A stretch of DNA of 63,162 bases, filler included, from Hyphochytrium catenoides (GCA_900088475.1; 5 parts of 5 records of this genome joined end to end with filler, not necessarily neighbours in it), one strand, 5' to 3'; shown: positions 40,901 to 53,959, numbered from the whole stretch's first letter. Program-made: numbers and translations. Notes: generated by a model from the sequence alone, not told the origin.

Positions 40901-43900
40901 GATTCTCTGTATACGATGCCCAGGTTGACATTTCTCAGCTTGCTGCTAAGATCTTCGATGTCCCAGATCCCTTCCCCTTTCCCTTCTCCCTCGATCGAGA
41001 GCACTGGAGGCCGCAAGTGGCGTTGTACATGGTCTGCCGCTGACTGTAAATCTAGATTTTGATAGAAAGCACATGGCTGGACCCTCTTTTGCTCCACTGC
41101 GGATGGTCAAGACATGCGGACAGGAAAGGATGGTGCCAAGAGTGAGCACCAAAGAAGAAGGAAGGACTCCAAGTAGGCAAAAGAATAGGGCTATGAGAGC
41201 TGTGTAAGAAGGATGTAAGGACCCCAACAGTGAGAAAGCCTAGATAAAGCCAAGATGCTTCTCACCAACCCCAACCAACCGAAGACACATAAAGAAGGAG
41301 GGACGTACATATTCACTCCCCTAATACGGCACTCTTCTCACCTTGGTTCTTGTCTGCCTCAATCTGTCCTGCGTCCCGCTTTGACTCTTGTTTTGTTTTT
41401 TTCTCGCTAACGAAGCACGCCCGCATTGCGGCCATGCATCTGTGTCTCAGCTGCTGGGGCGGCCCTGAGAGGACTTGATCATTGATACAAAGCTGGTCCC
41501 TAGAGCCTAAGATTGACATAGTCGGATTGTAGGGCGAGCGTTGGAGCTCTCTAAAAAAGAGCGGATAAGAAAAGAGAAAGTTGAATGCAGTTAGTCATAT
41601 TTTCCCAACACGTACAGAAAGCGACAAAAGCACAAAGAGGAAGAGAGAGAGAGAGAGAGGGAGAGAGAGAGATTCCTAGGCTGCAAGAGATATGAAGAGA
41701 GAGTCTATGACAGATAACGCAGCTTAGATGCGGCCTCTTGTACAACGATAGATAGCGGTAGACCACCAGGGCCGCCATGGAAAGACTCAGGAAGAGCTAA
41801 GTACCAAGAAGGACGGCAATTCTTACCTTGCGACCTGTGTCACTTGTGAGTGAGTCCTCGTGCAGTAGTAGATGCGCGGAACAGCTTGGTAAGGGTTCTT
41901 AAGCTCCTGCTGGAGCTGCCACGCGCACAACGAAGAGAGGAGAGCCGCCGTCTTCCCCGTCCCCGTAGGGGATTCAATAAGGGCATTTTCTCTTCGTGTC
42001 AGAGCTCGCAGAGTCTTGCTCATTAACTAAGAAGAACCCAACAGGAAGTTGATAGAAGAGCTGAGCCCAAGATACAACGGAAAGGATCAGAGTCTACTGC
42101 ACATACAGGGAGAGAAAGTGAAGAGATGAGTGGAAGAGTTAGAGAAAGAGTCTGAGATTTGAGGGAAGGCGAGTGTGGAAAATGATGTGAAAGATCAGTA
42201 TGCTTGGAAACGGGAGCCTGCGAGCGCTCACGGAGTGAGAGCGTGGGGGCGAAGCGACCCGCCGAGCAGCTAGAACGAGGTAGCTACAGAGAGAGAGGGA
42301 GCGATCCTAGAGATAAATGCCGTAAGATAGTACCGCTAGCTGTGGGGCCAGGGGCCGAGGAAAAGGAAACTTCACTGGCACGCCTGTGATGAATCCTTCC
42401 CACTTGGTCGCGCTCTGATTGACCTCTGCTGGGCCACAAACTGGGTAGTAGGACGAGGAGTTCTGATCGCGGCCATAGGAAGCCCGGTCCAACTCCTTTA
42501 ACCATTAGAAATCATGAAGTGGAAGCAGATCAGTCAGTTCTGGTTCTTTCTCCGTCTATGTCTTCGGTTTTCTCTCTAGTAGAACAAGCATCTCCTTGAT
42601 TGCCGTTGCGCTCATAGGGAGCTGTACCGTTTCGCTAGTTCACAGTCTTTGTCTCTGTTTTACTTAATTGCTCTCTCTCCCTCTCTTTATCTCTCTCAGT
42701 GGGCCTCTCTTCCTCTTTCATCACGCTCTCAATCGCTTTCTCTCCCTGTCGTAAACTTCTGACTATCGCTTCAGCATTCAACTGCCATTTTACCTGGCGG
42801 AAACTAGTGTTGATTCCATGTCTGCCTTTCCTCAGAGTGGCTTGCAGCGCTCCTTGAACCGCCAGTCTCTCGGAGAGGACATCTTTAAAAGACTGGAAAC
42901 GCCTCTCCTCTCGCAAGCTCTCCCTCTCATACCTCGCCATTAGCTGATGTTCCGCCATCTCCGATCGAGCTCTCTCCACTATTGAGGAAGTGAGCTGAGA
43001 CGGGAGGCGAGAGGCTTGTGACTGAGACAATTGCAAGAACAAGGGAAAACCCCAGCGAAGAGGACGAGGGCGAGAAAACAGAAGGCAGTGGATTAGACAG
43101 GAACAAGTAGCGGGGCAGTATTTGGAAGGATCTTTTCCTTATAAGTGAAAGCAGGGAAGGAGCGGCATAAGCCTACAATCCACGGAGGAGGAGCTCTAGC
43201 AACAAGCGAGAGGGAAAGAGGCATAGAGAAGAGTGAGAGAAGCGATCGTGAGGCGTGTGCCAATGGCAGGAGAAAGCCAGGATCGCTGGCGAGCTACCTG
43301 CTTGAGAAAAGTCTGAGCTTCACGATGCCCATCACTGACTTTCTCTCCTGCAGCTTGTGGTGGTGTCTTCTGTTCCGCCTTCACAAAAGAAGAAGGAGAT
43401 GCCAAAGACGTTGACATTTCGTTTCCCTTCGTCTCACTTCCAAAAGCCCTCTCCGTCCCTTGTTCTTCTTCTTCTGACGATTCTTCGACAAGAAGAATTG
43501 CGTCTGCTGCGCATTGGCCACCCACGGGAGGGAAGAGAGAGGGAGATGAAGAGGTAGAGATGAGGAGAATGGGAGACGAAGAAGAGCTCTCTTCTCCTAA
43601 AAGTTCCACATCCAACGCGCTTTGATGTTCTCCTCCGACCTCTCTGTAGGAGCCGTCCGGCTGCAACGTCGCAATGTGGATCTCTGCCGAGCAGCAGGAG
43701 AGAAACTCCAATAATTTTTCGTCTCTGCGGAGGTTCTAGAACAGGGGTAGAGAGAAAATGCTTAAGACACGTGGGAAACCAGAAGGAAAAAGAATAGCAA
43801 GAAAGAAAGTGAGGAGAGTGAGACAGAGCTGGATATAGAAAGAGAGCAAAAGAGAGAGAGAGAGAGAGAGAAGACGGGGAAAGAGGAAGAGAGGGACAGA

Positions 43901-44088
43901 GCCCCACCGAGAGACCGAAAGGCCGTAAGGAGAGGAACGACGCAGGAAGTCCATAGGATGTGGGAGGTAAAAGGGAGGTAGACAAGGGAAGAAGAAAAAA
44001 TGACACAACAAGAGGGAGAGTAAGGGAAGGTGTGAGATCAAGGACAACAGAAGTGAGAGGGAAAGGAGACATCTAGGTAGGTAGGTAG

Positions 44089-44149
<61 letters not shown>

Positions 44150-44951
44150 TTTGACAAGAGAGAGAGGAGAGAGTTTGAAGAGAGAGAGAGCGAGAAAAGG
44201 GGAAAGGAGAGGGGCTGGGAGAAAGAGAGAGAGATGAAAGCAGAGTACTAGAGAGACGAACTTTGGAAAGAGGGTCGTCTCTCCTTACCACAACTGGCAA
44301 AGCACAGACGGGACAATTCCCTTCCTCTTCCTCTATCTCTCCTCCTCGAGCTCCCCTCTTTCTCTTCTTCCCTCTCTTCCCTCTTCCCCGATAGGCTCTG
44401 AAAGTATCTTGGTCAAAGCATTGCGGATGTGTGCAGTGCAGACCTCGGACCGGGACCACTAGCCGTCCGCCACCCAGCGGGCAGCGGAGAGAGACCTTTC
44501 GAAGCGAAGATATGGACAGAAGGAAGGAGAGGGAACAAATGGCGAAAGTAAAGAGAAGATACCGGAGAGAGAAAGACAGAGTGGGATGTAAAGAAGAGAT
44601 AAGAAAGACCGAGAGAGAGGAGAGAGAGAGAGAGAAAGTGAGAAGAGGCAGGTAACGTGAGAAGCCGTGAAGCGAGATCAAATAGAGGGAAAGAGAAGGA
44701 GAGAGACAGCCACATAGAGAACGGAGAGAAGAGAGAGAGAAAGTGACCACAAAGGAGAGAGTGGAAGAGAGAAAAAGATGGAATTATCGTAGAAGACATC
44801 GGGGGGTTATTTCTGGAAAGAAGGGAAAGGAGAGGCAAAAGAAAGCCAGGCTGACGCTGAAGCTTATCGATGGGGCAGGACTGCCGTCTGTGCAAGACAA
44901 CGAAGGGATAAATGACTGGGAGGGGGGAAAAAGAAAGGGGACGAGGCGCGG

Positions 44952-44997
<46 letters not shown>

Positions 44998-45232
44998 AGA
45001 GAGACAGAGAGAGATAGAGAGAGAGAGGGAAGAAGAGGAAGAGGTGAAAATATAGAACGAAAGACGAAGTGAGAGAGAGAGAGAAAGCACACTAACGAGA
45101 GAAAGAGACAGAGTGACCGCGCCCCTAAGAGTAAACCGAGAAAAAGGGAAGAGAGAGAGGAGAGGATCAGGAGATGATGACCTGCTGTTCTAAGAGCTCT
45201 AGTTCGTCGTCTCCTTGCGAGAGTGCGGTCAT
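40901..45232 (-). CDS. FANCJ/RTEL1-family (XPD-like) Fe-S DNA helicase with an N-terminal SP-RING (MIZ) domain; 3'-truncated at the scaffold end
   Basis: Helicase motifs: ITGVPVKFPF.RP..PQ (Q motif), NALIESPTGTGKT, IYYCTRTHSQVTQV, ILGSRDQLCIN, Fe-S cysteines, WDIEDL. SP-RING: VSLRCP...VPVRG..CTHPQCFD...CPVC../NLRRD...LQPDGSY. Confidence 0.85.
44091..44142. repeat. (AG)n microsatellite, i.e. (CT)n on the sense strand of an intron in the helicase gene
   Basis: Perfect dinucleotide run seen directly. Confidence 0.95.
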
Positions 45233-45928
45233 GCTGACCCGAGAGCCTTGGTCCTAAAGCCTAAAGACAGAGGAAGATCCTCCGGGCGAAGTGACTGTCC
45301 CTAATCCTAAGACGCCCAGCGTCTGACATGTCGAAGGGCCAAGGAGTTACCTCTCTCGACCTTTCTCTCTCTCGCTCTCTCGAGAGGCAGACGTTTTTGT
45401 CTGCGCTCCTCTCTCTCTCTCTTCTCTCTCTTCTCTCTCTCTGTCTGTCTGTCGCGGTGTCTCTCTCTTATTCCCCCTCTCTGTCAGGGCTCCTAGGGGT
45501 TTTCTTGCTGCTCAGGCGGCTATGTCAACGTCGGTTCGTATCGCTTTGTCTCCCTCTCTCTCTCTTTCTTTCTCTCCCGTCGGCCTGCAGGCATTTCTCC
45601 TCATTAGCACATAGAGCATAAGGCATGACAGTTCGCGCTTGTCCTGCGCTGCTTGTTCATGTCTCGCTCAGATGTCTCCTTCCTCCTATCGCCTGTCCCT
45701 TGCTATTTCTTCCCTGTCCACCACTGCCACTGTCGCTGGATAGTGTGCTCAGCAGAGAAGGCGTGATGGGAGAGGGAAAGACGAGAAAGCATACGAAGGA
45801 GGAGGAAAAGCGAGTGAGAGAGAGCAAGGGGAGGAGGGACAACGGAAGAAAAGGGGGAAGTGAGAGAAGAGAGAGAGCACACACAGAGAGCGAGAGAGAA
45901 CGAAAGAGAGAGAGAGAGAGAGAGACAA

Positions 45929-45960
<32 letters not shown>

Positions 45961-45962
45961 CT

Positions 45963-46004
<42 letters not shown>

Positions 46005-46560
46005 CACAGCAAAGCCCAGTCATATTACGAACTCCCGCCAACATGCCGTTTAAACCCAAACTCTAACCGCTTTCCCTTTATCATCTCCCACAATTCTATA
46101 AGTCTGGATTCTCACAACCTAAAGATATTCCTACTTTGAAAACGTTTTTGGCCATGAGAGGCCAGACGAGAGACAGAGGCCGAGAGTCTAGAGGCAGAAG
46201 ATAGAGCATCTCTTGGTGCGAGAGACACCAAGAGATTCGTCCATTGAAGATGATGGAGAAGGAAGAAGGAAGTCTACTCTATCGCGGCTCTTTAGCCCTA
46301 GGAACTGCATGTGAGAGCCTGGTCATGAGGCAGAATCTGCGGCTCCTGAGGGCGCTTGTGCCATATGTTATTGACTTTCTTAGAGAGAGAGAGAAAAGAG
46401 AGAGAGACAAGTGAGAGACGACTCAACGCCCAAGATAGAGGAGAAGCGCCTGCGAGTGGCGGTACGTACTACTAAGAGAGACAACGAACTTCAATGGAGA
46501 CAAAGAGCGGGGAGAGAGGAGCACAGCCAAACTTTCTCCCCAGATGCTGCCGGGCCTCCT

Positions 46561-48889
46561 CTAAGGGCTCATATCGCCTCTTGCCACCATTTCCTTGGAG
46601 ATGATCACCCTCTGGATCTGTGAGGTTCCCTCATAAATCTGATAAATCTTCGCGTCTCTCATGAGCTTCTCCACTGGATACTCAGTGTTGAAGCCGTTAC
46701 CGCCAAAGATTTGCACTGCATCGGCTGCCACCTTGTTGGCGTGATCGCCAGCGAAAGCCTTGGCCATGGAAGCGAACATTGTGTTCTTACGTCCGTGGTC
46801 GATCTCATAGGCGGACTTGTAGGTCAACAGTCGCGCAGCCTCGATGCCTGTGGCCATGTCTAACGTTGGGGAAAGAGTTAGGGACAGAAGACGGATAAGC
46901 AGAAAGCAAGGGACAGCAGGAGATTCAAGACGCTGAAGCAAAGACGCTGAAGGGCCCGCGCTTGAAAGAGCTAAGAAGTGAAAGGAGGTAAAGACGGCAG
47001 AGCCATTTCACATGCAACAACTTCGAACCGACCAGGTCTAAGTTTTAGGCATTGCCATAGAGATAGCCACAGAGAGTCGCCCGTCATGGGAGAAGGTGTG
47101 GAGAGGGGCTAAACGGGAACGCACGTACGCGATAGAAGAGAGAGAGGAAAGCGAGCAGAGGGAGGGAAGAGGTCACAAGAGGAGTTACCTGCAAGCATAA
47201 AGGAGACAGCCTGGTGGTTGTAGATCGGTGTCCCGAACGTCTTTCTCTCCTGTGCGTACTTGAAAGCTTCGTCAAAAGCCCGTCGAGCCAGGCCCACAGC
47301 TCCAGCAGCCACAGGCGGACGAGTGTGATCGAAGGCCTGCATCGCGATCTTGAAGCCGTAACCAGGAGAGCCTTACCAGGACAAGCAGACATTAGACGGC
47401 AAGATCATGTCTCCCGCTTTGACCAGCTGTTGTCTCTGCGTTGAGGGAAATCAATCGCATCCGCTTTTCTCTCTTTGTAATCTTCTCTCTCTCTTTCTTT
47501 GCCTATTTGTCCTCCCTCCCTCTCTGCGCCATCACTGGCACTGCCAGATTGTGAGCTTTATACCAACCTAGGACATTCTCTGCGGGTATTACTACGTCTT
47601 CGAAGGTAATGCCTCTAGTATCAGAGCAGCGCTGGCCAAGGTTGATTTCCTTGCGGCCGACAGTGATGCCTGCAAAGAGTAAAGAAATAAGGTCATCTCG
47701 GCAGCTGTAGAGATGTGGAGACTTGGACTAGATAGATAAAGGACTAAGGAGCACAATGAAAGAGGGAGACAGGAGTGGAGTGAAGTACCTGGAGTCTGGG
47801 CGTCAACAACGAAGCCCGTGAAAGCTGACCCGGCCTTGGCCTTAGGATCCGTCTTTGCCAATACAAAGTACCAGCCGCCACTTTCCTGAGCCATTCCTCC
47901 ATTCGTGATCCACATCTTATTGCCATTCTAACAGCACGAGAAATGAGCGTCATGGGAGAGAAAGGCTTTGTAGAAAAAGCATGAGCTAGGAAGAACTCAA
48001 GACTCCGTCGCACACGACATGAACTCTGACCAGGGTAAAGACAGGAGGCCAAAAAAGCAGCAGAGATAGTAGCACGATCTGGGGGAGTCTTCCCTAGCAA
48101 CCTACCAGGACCCAGCTATCTCCCTTTTTGACTGCAGTCGTCTTTGCTCCGGCGACATCTGAACCTGCACCAGGCTCCGTCACACAGTAAGCGGCCTGGA
48201 TCGGGGCCTCAGTGAGTCGGCCGAGATACTTCTTCTTCTGCTCAGGATTGGCAGCAACCACCAACGGCGCGATCGCAAGGTTGTTCGCCTCCATAGCGGT
48301 CATCATGCCTAACGCAGGGAGCGTCAAAGAAGGGAAACTTCACGCTATGTGTGCGGTGTATCGTTGCCCGTTGCACGGCTACAGAGACTGTTCCCCCATT
48401 GCGCATAGATACCCCTCTAACTTCGTCACTTTTTCGTTTGCCAATCCTTTTCCCCATTGGAAACGCTTTCTTTCTTGAGTGACATTACCTGTGCATCCAT
48501 AGGCAAGCTCCTCGGCGATAATAACCCCATCCAACGCACCAAGGCCCATGCCGCCGTATTCCTGTCAAGCGGATTAGTCCAATTTGATTGGAAGACGTAG
48601 TAGTTTCTAGTGCCTTTACCTCTTCGATGTGACCGTTGCAGAGGCCTAGCTCCCATGCCTTCTCGAATATCTCTTTTGGATACTTTCCAGTGCGGTCATA
48701 CTCCGCGGCCTGGGGAATCATAACCTCCTGCGCAAACTTTCTCGCCAGAGATTGGAACTCCTTCTGCTCATCACTGAGCTTGAAAGAAAGACCTGTGCTC
48801 GGATCGGCAGCCGTGCCAAACCCTCTAAGTGCATTCACACGCAGAGGTGCGGCAGCAGCCACAGAACGATGTACCAGCTTGGAGAGCAT
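46561..48889 (-). CDS. ACADM: Medium-chain acyl-CoA dehydrogenase, mitochondrial
   Basis: Arg/Ala-rich presequence, [109 protein letters not shown]. Confidence 0.96.
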
Positions 48890-49550
48890 TGTTTTCTATT
48901 TCCAAGCTCTTCAGCAAGCTAAACAAGGAGTGTGACGAAGCTCAGCAACTTGAAAAGTGAGATCTCTCTATGAAGTGGCTTGGCCTAGGTCCTGGGCTAT
49001 CGAGGATAGTGAGTCTCTGGGTCGGCGTGGCGTCTATGTGGCTTGTCTATGGGACCGTCTGCAAGCTCTGAGAGACAGACTCTTGACTCTTTCTCACAGA
49101 CCGTCAGATTGACCGATGGCGCGGCGCGGTGAGGATCTGACGTGGGGCCGACTGACTGCAAGCTCCAAGGGGAGGTCAGGGATCACGCGCACTCCAGGGG
49201 TCGCTCTGAAATTGGCGTAGGATCAGGATGTGAAGTGTACAACAAGATGAAGGCTGGTTAATAAGGGCGGAATATGATTAGGAGCCCAGTAGAGGCCAAG
49301 TTGAAGATTGACTTTAGTTGGTGTTTCTTTTGACAACACACAGAACGGGGAAAGTCGCTCCTGTGCTCCCCCTGGAAGCTTGAAGTCCAGTCTCTCAGTA
49401 CTTCCCCAGTAATATGGGCGGTTGGCCGTTAGCGGACTTTTCTCCGTTTCAGTTCTGGGATAAAGAGGCAGAGGAGCGGAGGGGAGGGCCTGGAGGGACA
49501 AGTACCAGAGATATAATGAGAGAGGAGAGAGACAGAGAGACAGAGAGAGA

Positions 49551-49584
<34 letters not shown>

Positions 49585-50207
49585 CAGACAGAGACAGAGA
49601 GAGAGAGGAAGAAAGAAAGACACTGAAAACGACCAGAAAGATGGAGAAAAGAAAGAGCGGGAGAGAGAGAGAGAGGAAGAAAAAAGGACACGGAAAACAA
49701 CCAATGACGGAAAAAAGAAAGAGCAGACAGAGAGAGAGAGGTGAGAGAGAGAAAAGAGAAAGAAAGGAGGGAAAGACGAACTAGTTCTACGTCCAGCTTC
49801 ATCTGTCGAAGAAGAGGAGTTGTCTACAAGCGCGAAGGAGAAGGAGGAAGTGGGAAGAAACAACAGATTCCCCTGGCAAGAAGAGAACAACAAGATCATA
49901 GAAAAGGAGAGATCTTTTCCTCTCATCCTTCCTGGGACAACCGATGAGAAGGACGTTGATGCCATCATCAGAGAGCCAACGACCCACTTCCTCGGGCGAC
50001 ATCCTGCTGGATACTGACGTGAGCAAGATAATCAGCTCTGCCGGCGCTGTCTTTGGAGGTCAGTAGCGGACCATTCAGCTCCTACTCAAGCTGCAGGTTG
50101 ATCATCCAGCCAGCCTTGGAGAAGGAGGAATAGCCAAAAGTGCTCAGAGACGAAGCCCTACTATATGATACCATCGCCTGCCCGCTTGCAGGTCCAGACC
50201 TGGGCTG

Positions 50208-50527
50208 ATGGGCTCTGTCGAATGGAAGATCTTGAATGCGATCGGCTGCAAGGACAATTCGCCTCTTCTGCCTCTTCAGAAGTGTGATACAGATGACGAC
50301 TGCACGCTGTACTCACAGTGCTGTCAGGCCCTTGGAACATGCGTCTGCAACAACCTTGTGGCGCACGTAGGGCCTAGATGTGACCAGATTACCAGGGTAA
50401 GGAGAGACAGACACGCGCTAAGAGAGAAGAGGAGCTCAACAAGGAAGAAAAGGGAGATGAAAGAGATAATCCAAAAGGCGAGCGAGGGGGGAGAGAGAAG
50501 AGAAAGAGGAACAAAAGGAGAGAGAGT

Positions 50528-50561
<34 letters not shown>

Positions 50562-52201
50562 NNNNNNNNNNNNNNNNCATCAGTTATATTACCTCTGTAG
50601 CTTTCTTTTATGAGGATCGTTTAGTTTGCCTTCATAGACAGCCCGGCGATGAAGGAAGGAGGAAGGAAGGAATGATGAGTCCTCCTTCCTCTTCGCTCTC
50701 TATCTCTCTATCGTTTTCCACTCGTTCTTCTCATCTTCATTTGCTCACTTTTCCTTCTCTTTCTCTCTCTCTCTCGCTCTCTCTCTCTCTGTGTGTGTGT
50801 GTGTCTGTGCTTCTGTTGTCTCTCTCTGCTGGTTCCTAACTGCTCTTTGCTCTTGTTCGTATGTTCTCTTAGATCTCGGTGGCCTACGCTATCCTAGAGT
50901 ATCTGATCTTTCTGGGCTGGTTCCTGCTCACAGCCGCCGCCGTATGGGCAATCTTCAACATCTATCGACGGCGATACTCTCTCCCACTCATTCTCAAGAT
51001 AAGGACATATCTACTCTTCTTCGTCCTTGGTAGTGCCACGTGTGCTATCAAGCACATTGCCATCAAAGCCCATGAGTACCTGGGGCTGGCTCCCTCAGAC
51101 GATCCAGGTCTCTTCGTGCTCTTCCGTTCATCGATTCTTGGCATCTCTATCCTTATCCTTTATGGCTGCGCGGTGCTCGTTCCTATCTCGTGGCTGGACG
51201 TCTCTCTCACTTTGTCTGCTTCGGAAGAAGAAAGGGAGAAGACGATGCAGAGAAGGAAGAGAATCTTGCTCCTGACCACCATTCTCCCCTTCCTTCAAGT
51301 GGTAGCTTTCTATGGAATGTTGGCCGTGGTGGTCGCGGTGCTAACACTTGTCAATATGGTGGCGGTGATGGCTGCAGTGGTGGTGGCGGGAAGTAGTGCT
51401 GGAAGAGTGATGTTCCTCGTAGAGAGAGAGAAACAGAAAGTCAAGAGCCATATGTCCTCTCTCTCTCGCAAATCTGGATCCACCGTTGGAGGAGGAGGAG
51501 GAGAGACATGCACAGGCGACGCTTTCTGGAAGCTAAAGGAAGGTAAGGATAACAAGGAAGATGAGAACCGAACATCTCTTCTGAGCACACGGCTCTTCTT
51601 CTACAAGCTGCCTCTCTTCTTCTACATTATTGGCACCTTATCTCATAACTTTCGTCGTCTTTGATCCTCTGCGGATGGAGCTGCAGCACTTGCCTCCATT
51701 ACTCTTCTCTCTCTCCCTCTCTCTTCTCTCTGCTTTTTCTGTACCTCTTCCTGCTCCTCTAGCTCGTCTACGACTCGTTTTCTTCCTTCTCGCATTAATC
51801 TTCTCTCTCGTTCGTTCTTTCCTCACAACTGTTTCTCCTGTCGTCTCATATCTTCTGCCGCTTCTCTCTTCCGTGTTGCACCACTTTGAGCAGTCGTCAA
51901 CAACCCCATTCTGCCCGGTACACAGACCCTCACATTCGGCTGGGTCTGGCTCAGGAAAGTGAGCGCTTCTCTTCTTCTCATCTACTTCGGACTCTTCTTT
52001 GACACTTTCCTGATGACACGGTACAACTACGGAGATAACACGTCAGGCATGCAGATCTTCCTCTTTGATATTGCTTACGACACACTTGTTCTCCTCTCTG
52101 GCTACTTCATGCTGAAGAGCTTCCTCTCTATTATCAACTATGGGATATTGTGCGGTCCAACTGCGGAGGAGGCGGAGAAGAATGGAGGGGAAAGAGGCTA
52201 A
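50208..52201 (+). CDS. Seven-transmembrane receptor-like protein with an N-terminal EGF-like Cys-rich domain, 3 exons
   Basis: Exons 50208-50396, 50873-51542, 51894-52201 join in frame. C-x5-C-x5-CC-x5-C-x-C-x10-C ectodomain, then about seven hydrophobic segments with a long polar loop between TM5 and TM6. Confidence 0.65.
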
Positions 52202-52353
52202 GATCGGGCAGGTGGAGGAAGGGATAGACCGGGGAAGGGAGAAACATGTTGAGGAAAGCAAGGAAGCTATAGGCTGGAGAGGAAGCAATAGCCATTCTTG
52301 GGGTATGGAGGAAAAACAAACAACCGGGGATCGAAGAGAGAAAGAGAAAGAGA

Positions 52354-52385
<32 letters not shown>

Positions 52386-52455
52386 AAGAGCTAGTGAAAA
52401 GAAAGAGAGAGAGAAAAAACGGTCAGTTGCCGTTCATCCTCTTCCCGGGTTGGCA

Positions 52456-52555
52456 NNNNNNNNNNNNNNNNNNNNNNNNNNNNNNNNNNNNNNNNNNNNT
52501 TAATTAATTAANNNNNNNNNNNNNNNNNNNNNNNNNNNNNNNNNNNNNNNNNNNN
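52456..52555. other. Artificial scaffold-joining spacer
   Basis: 44N-TTAATTAATTAA-44N. Confidence 0.97.
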
Positions 52556-52748
52556 GACCATTGGCACGGTGGATGCTAAGCATCGCACCGCTCATACAAG
52601 TAGGCCGCTCCCTTTCCTTATGCTCGGTCCCTTTTCGCCGCCCTTTATCTAACCCCCTGCCCTACTCCTAACCCTAACACTGTTCTACCCGTTCTTTAAC
52701 CTGCTCACTATTCCGCTCACTAAACTGCTTACTAACCCCGCAGAACCC

Positions 52749-53062
52749 GCTCCAACACGCTAACTACCCTCGCTCACTAACTCCCTTGCTGACCAACTCC
52801 CTATCCCGCTGCCCACTGTCCTTTTTAGTAGTTGCCCTATGCTTAACTCCTCAGCTCTAACCAGCTGCCCTTGCTTCCCATGCCGGCTCCAACACGCGAA
52901 CTACCCTCTCTTTACCTCGCTCGCTGACCGACTCCCTATCGCGCTGCTTTTTTAACGCGCTACTCTCTCCCTCTTACCGATGGCCCTTCTCTTATCTGGC
53001 TGCCATTTTTCTAAGTAGCTGCCCTGTGTTTAATTCCGCAGCCCTAACCAGCTGCCCTTGCC
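52749..53062. repeat. Imperfect tandem duplication (two units of ~135-175 bp)
   Basis: GCTCCAACACGC.AACTACCCTC...GCTGACC.ACTCCCTATC.CGCTGC...AGTAG.TGCCCT.TG.TTAA.TCC.CAGC.CTAACCAGCTGCCCTTGC occurs at ~52749 and ~52886. Confidence 0.8.
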
Positions 53063-53333
53063 AGCTGCCCAGCCCTGGTATTATATTCCCACCTGCTTGG
53101 TATTTTCGCGGGTGCCCTAATGCTTATCACCCACCCCTACTTACCTCTTCCCTACCTACCTTCTACCCGCACTCCCCTATTTCACCCTTTCGACTTCTCT
53201 ACTCCTTTTCGCGATTTCCATCCTCCGAACAAATATTCTTGGTGCTTTCCCTCCCTGGCACCAACTCCCGTCCTCATTATCTTCAAAACCTTGATAGAGC
53301 TCCCCTTCTTAGCAACATTCAGTAGATAGACTT

Positions 53334-53618
53334 GCAGAGCTTGCCCAATGCTTCGAAGACGAGTGTGGCGCTGCAAGGAGTCTCTGTTCCGGTTGCAATG
53401 TGCGGGTGGCCATCTTAGGTTAAAAAGATCCAAAGCAGCCGGAAACAGCCTTGTACTGCATTGAGTGTATGCCCTCAAACGAACTTGCAGGAAAGGCGCG
53501 TCTTTTGATTTCCAAGCATATCTCAGAATTCTACACCTTCCTTCAGCGCTACACCGTCGAGCGTTTGCCGTGGCGTTCGACCTGGAGACTTGCGCCTAAC
53601 TGTTGTTCCAGGTTATAG
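53334..53618 (+). pseudogene. Interrupted reading frame with a CxxC-x20-CxxC zinc-finger-like motif
   Basis: LCSGCNVRVAILG*KDPKQPETALYCIEC...FLQRYTVERL with an in-frame TAA at 53421. Confidence 0.3.
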
Positions 53619-53959
53619 TCTACCAGGAGGAAAGCAAGTGCTGGACAAGGCTATCAAGGACGGGAGATTTAAGAGGAGACAGATCGATCGTAGCCGCACT
53701 CCAGAATGCAAAATAGTGGTTCAAACAAGTAGAAATGGTGAGGAAAAGAAAGGAGAAACGTGAAGAAAGAGAGGGACGGAAGAGAGGGCCCCCATCATCA
53801 GTTGTCCTTCTCTCCTATTCTTATTTCAAGTTCTTCTTCGTATACATAGAACACACAACCTTCCGTATTCTCCCTCATCTAATAGACGATAGAGGGACAA
53901 GAAGAGAAAGGCACCAAAGAGCATCAGAAGGAGCGAGAAGAATAGAGGAACAGAGAAGA

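Noticed and set aside
31284-46059. Numerous SLSLSL and ERERER ORFs in the ORF track
   Set aside because: These are translations of CT/GA microsatellites in introns and intergenic DNA, apart from the inserts within TSEN54.
21470-49120. ACCGTC motif upstream of AFG3 and ACADM as a shared promoter element
   Set aside because: A 6-mer with few occurrences cannot be distinguished from chance without genome-wide counts.
52666-52678. CCTAACCCTAAC telomere-like motif near a scaffold start
   Set aside because: Only about two units within C-rich degenerate sequence, which is insufficient.
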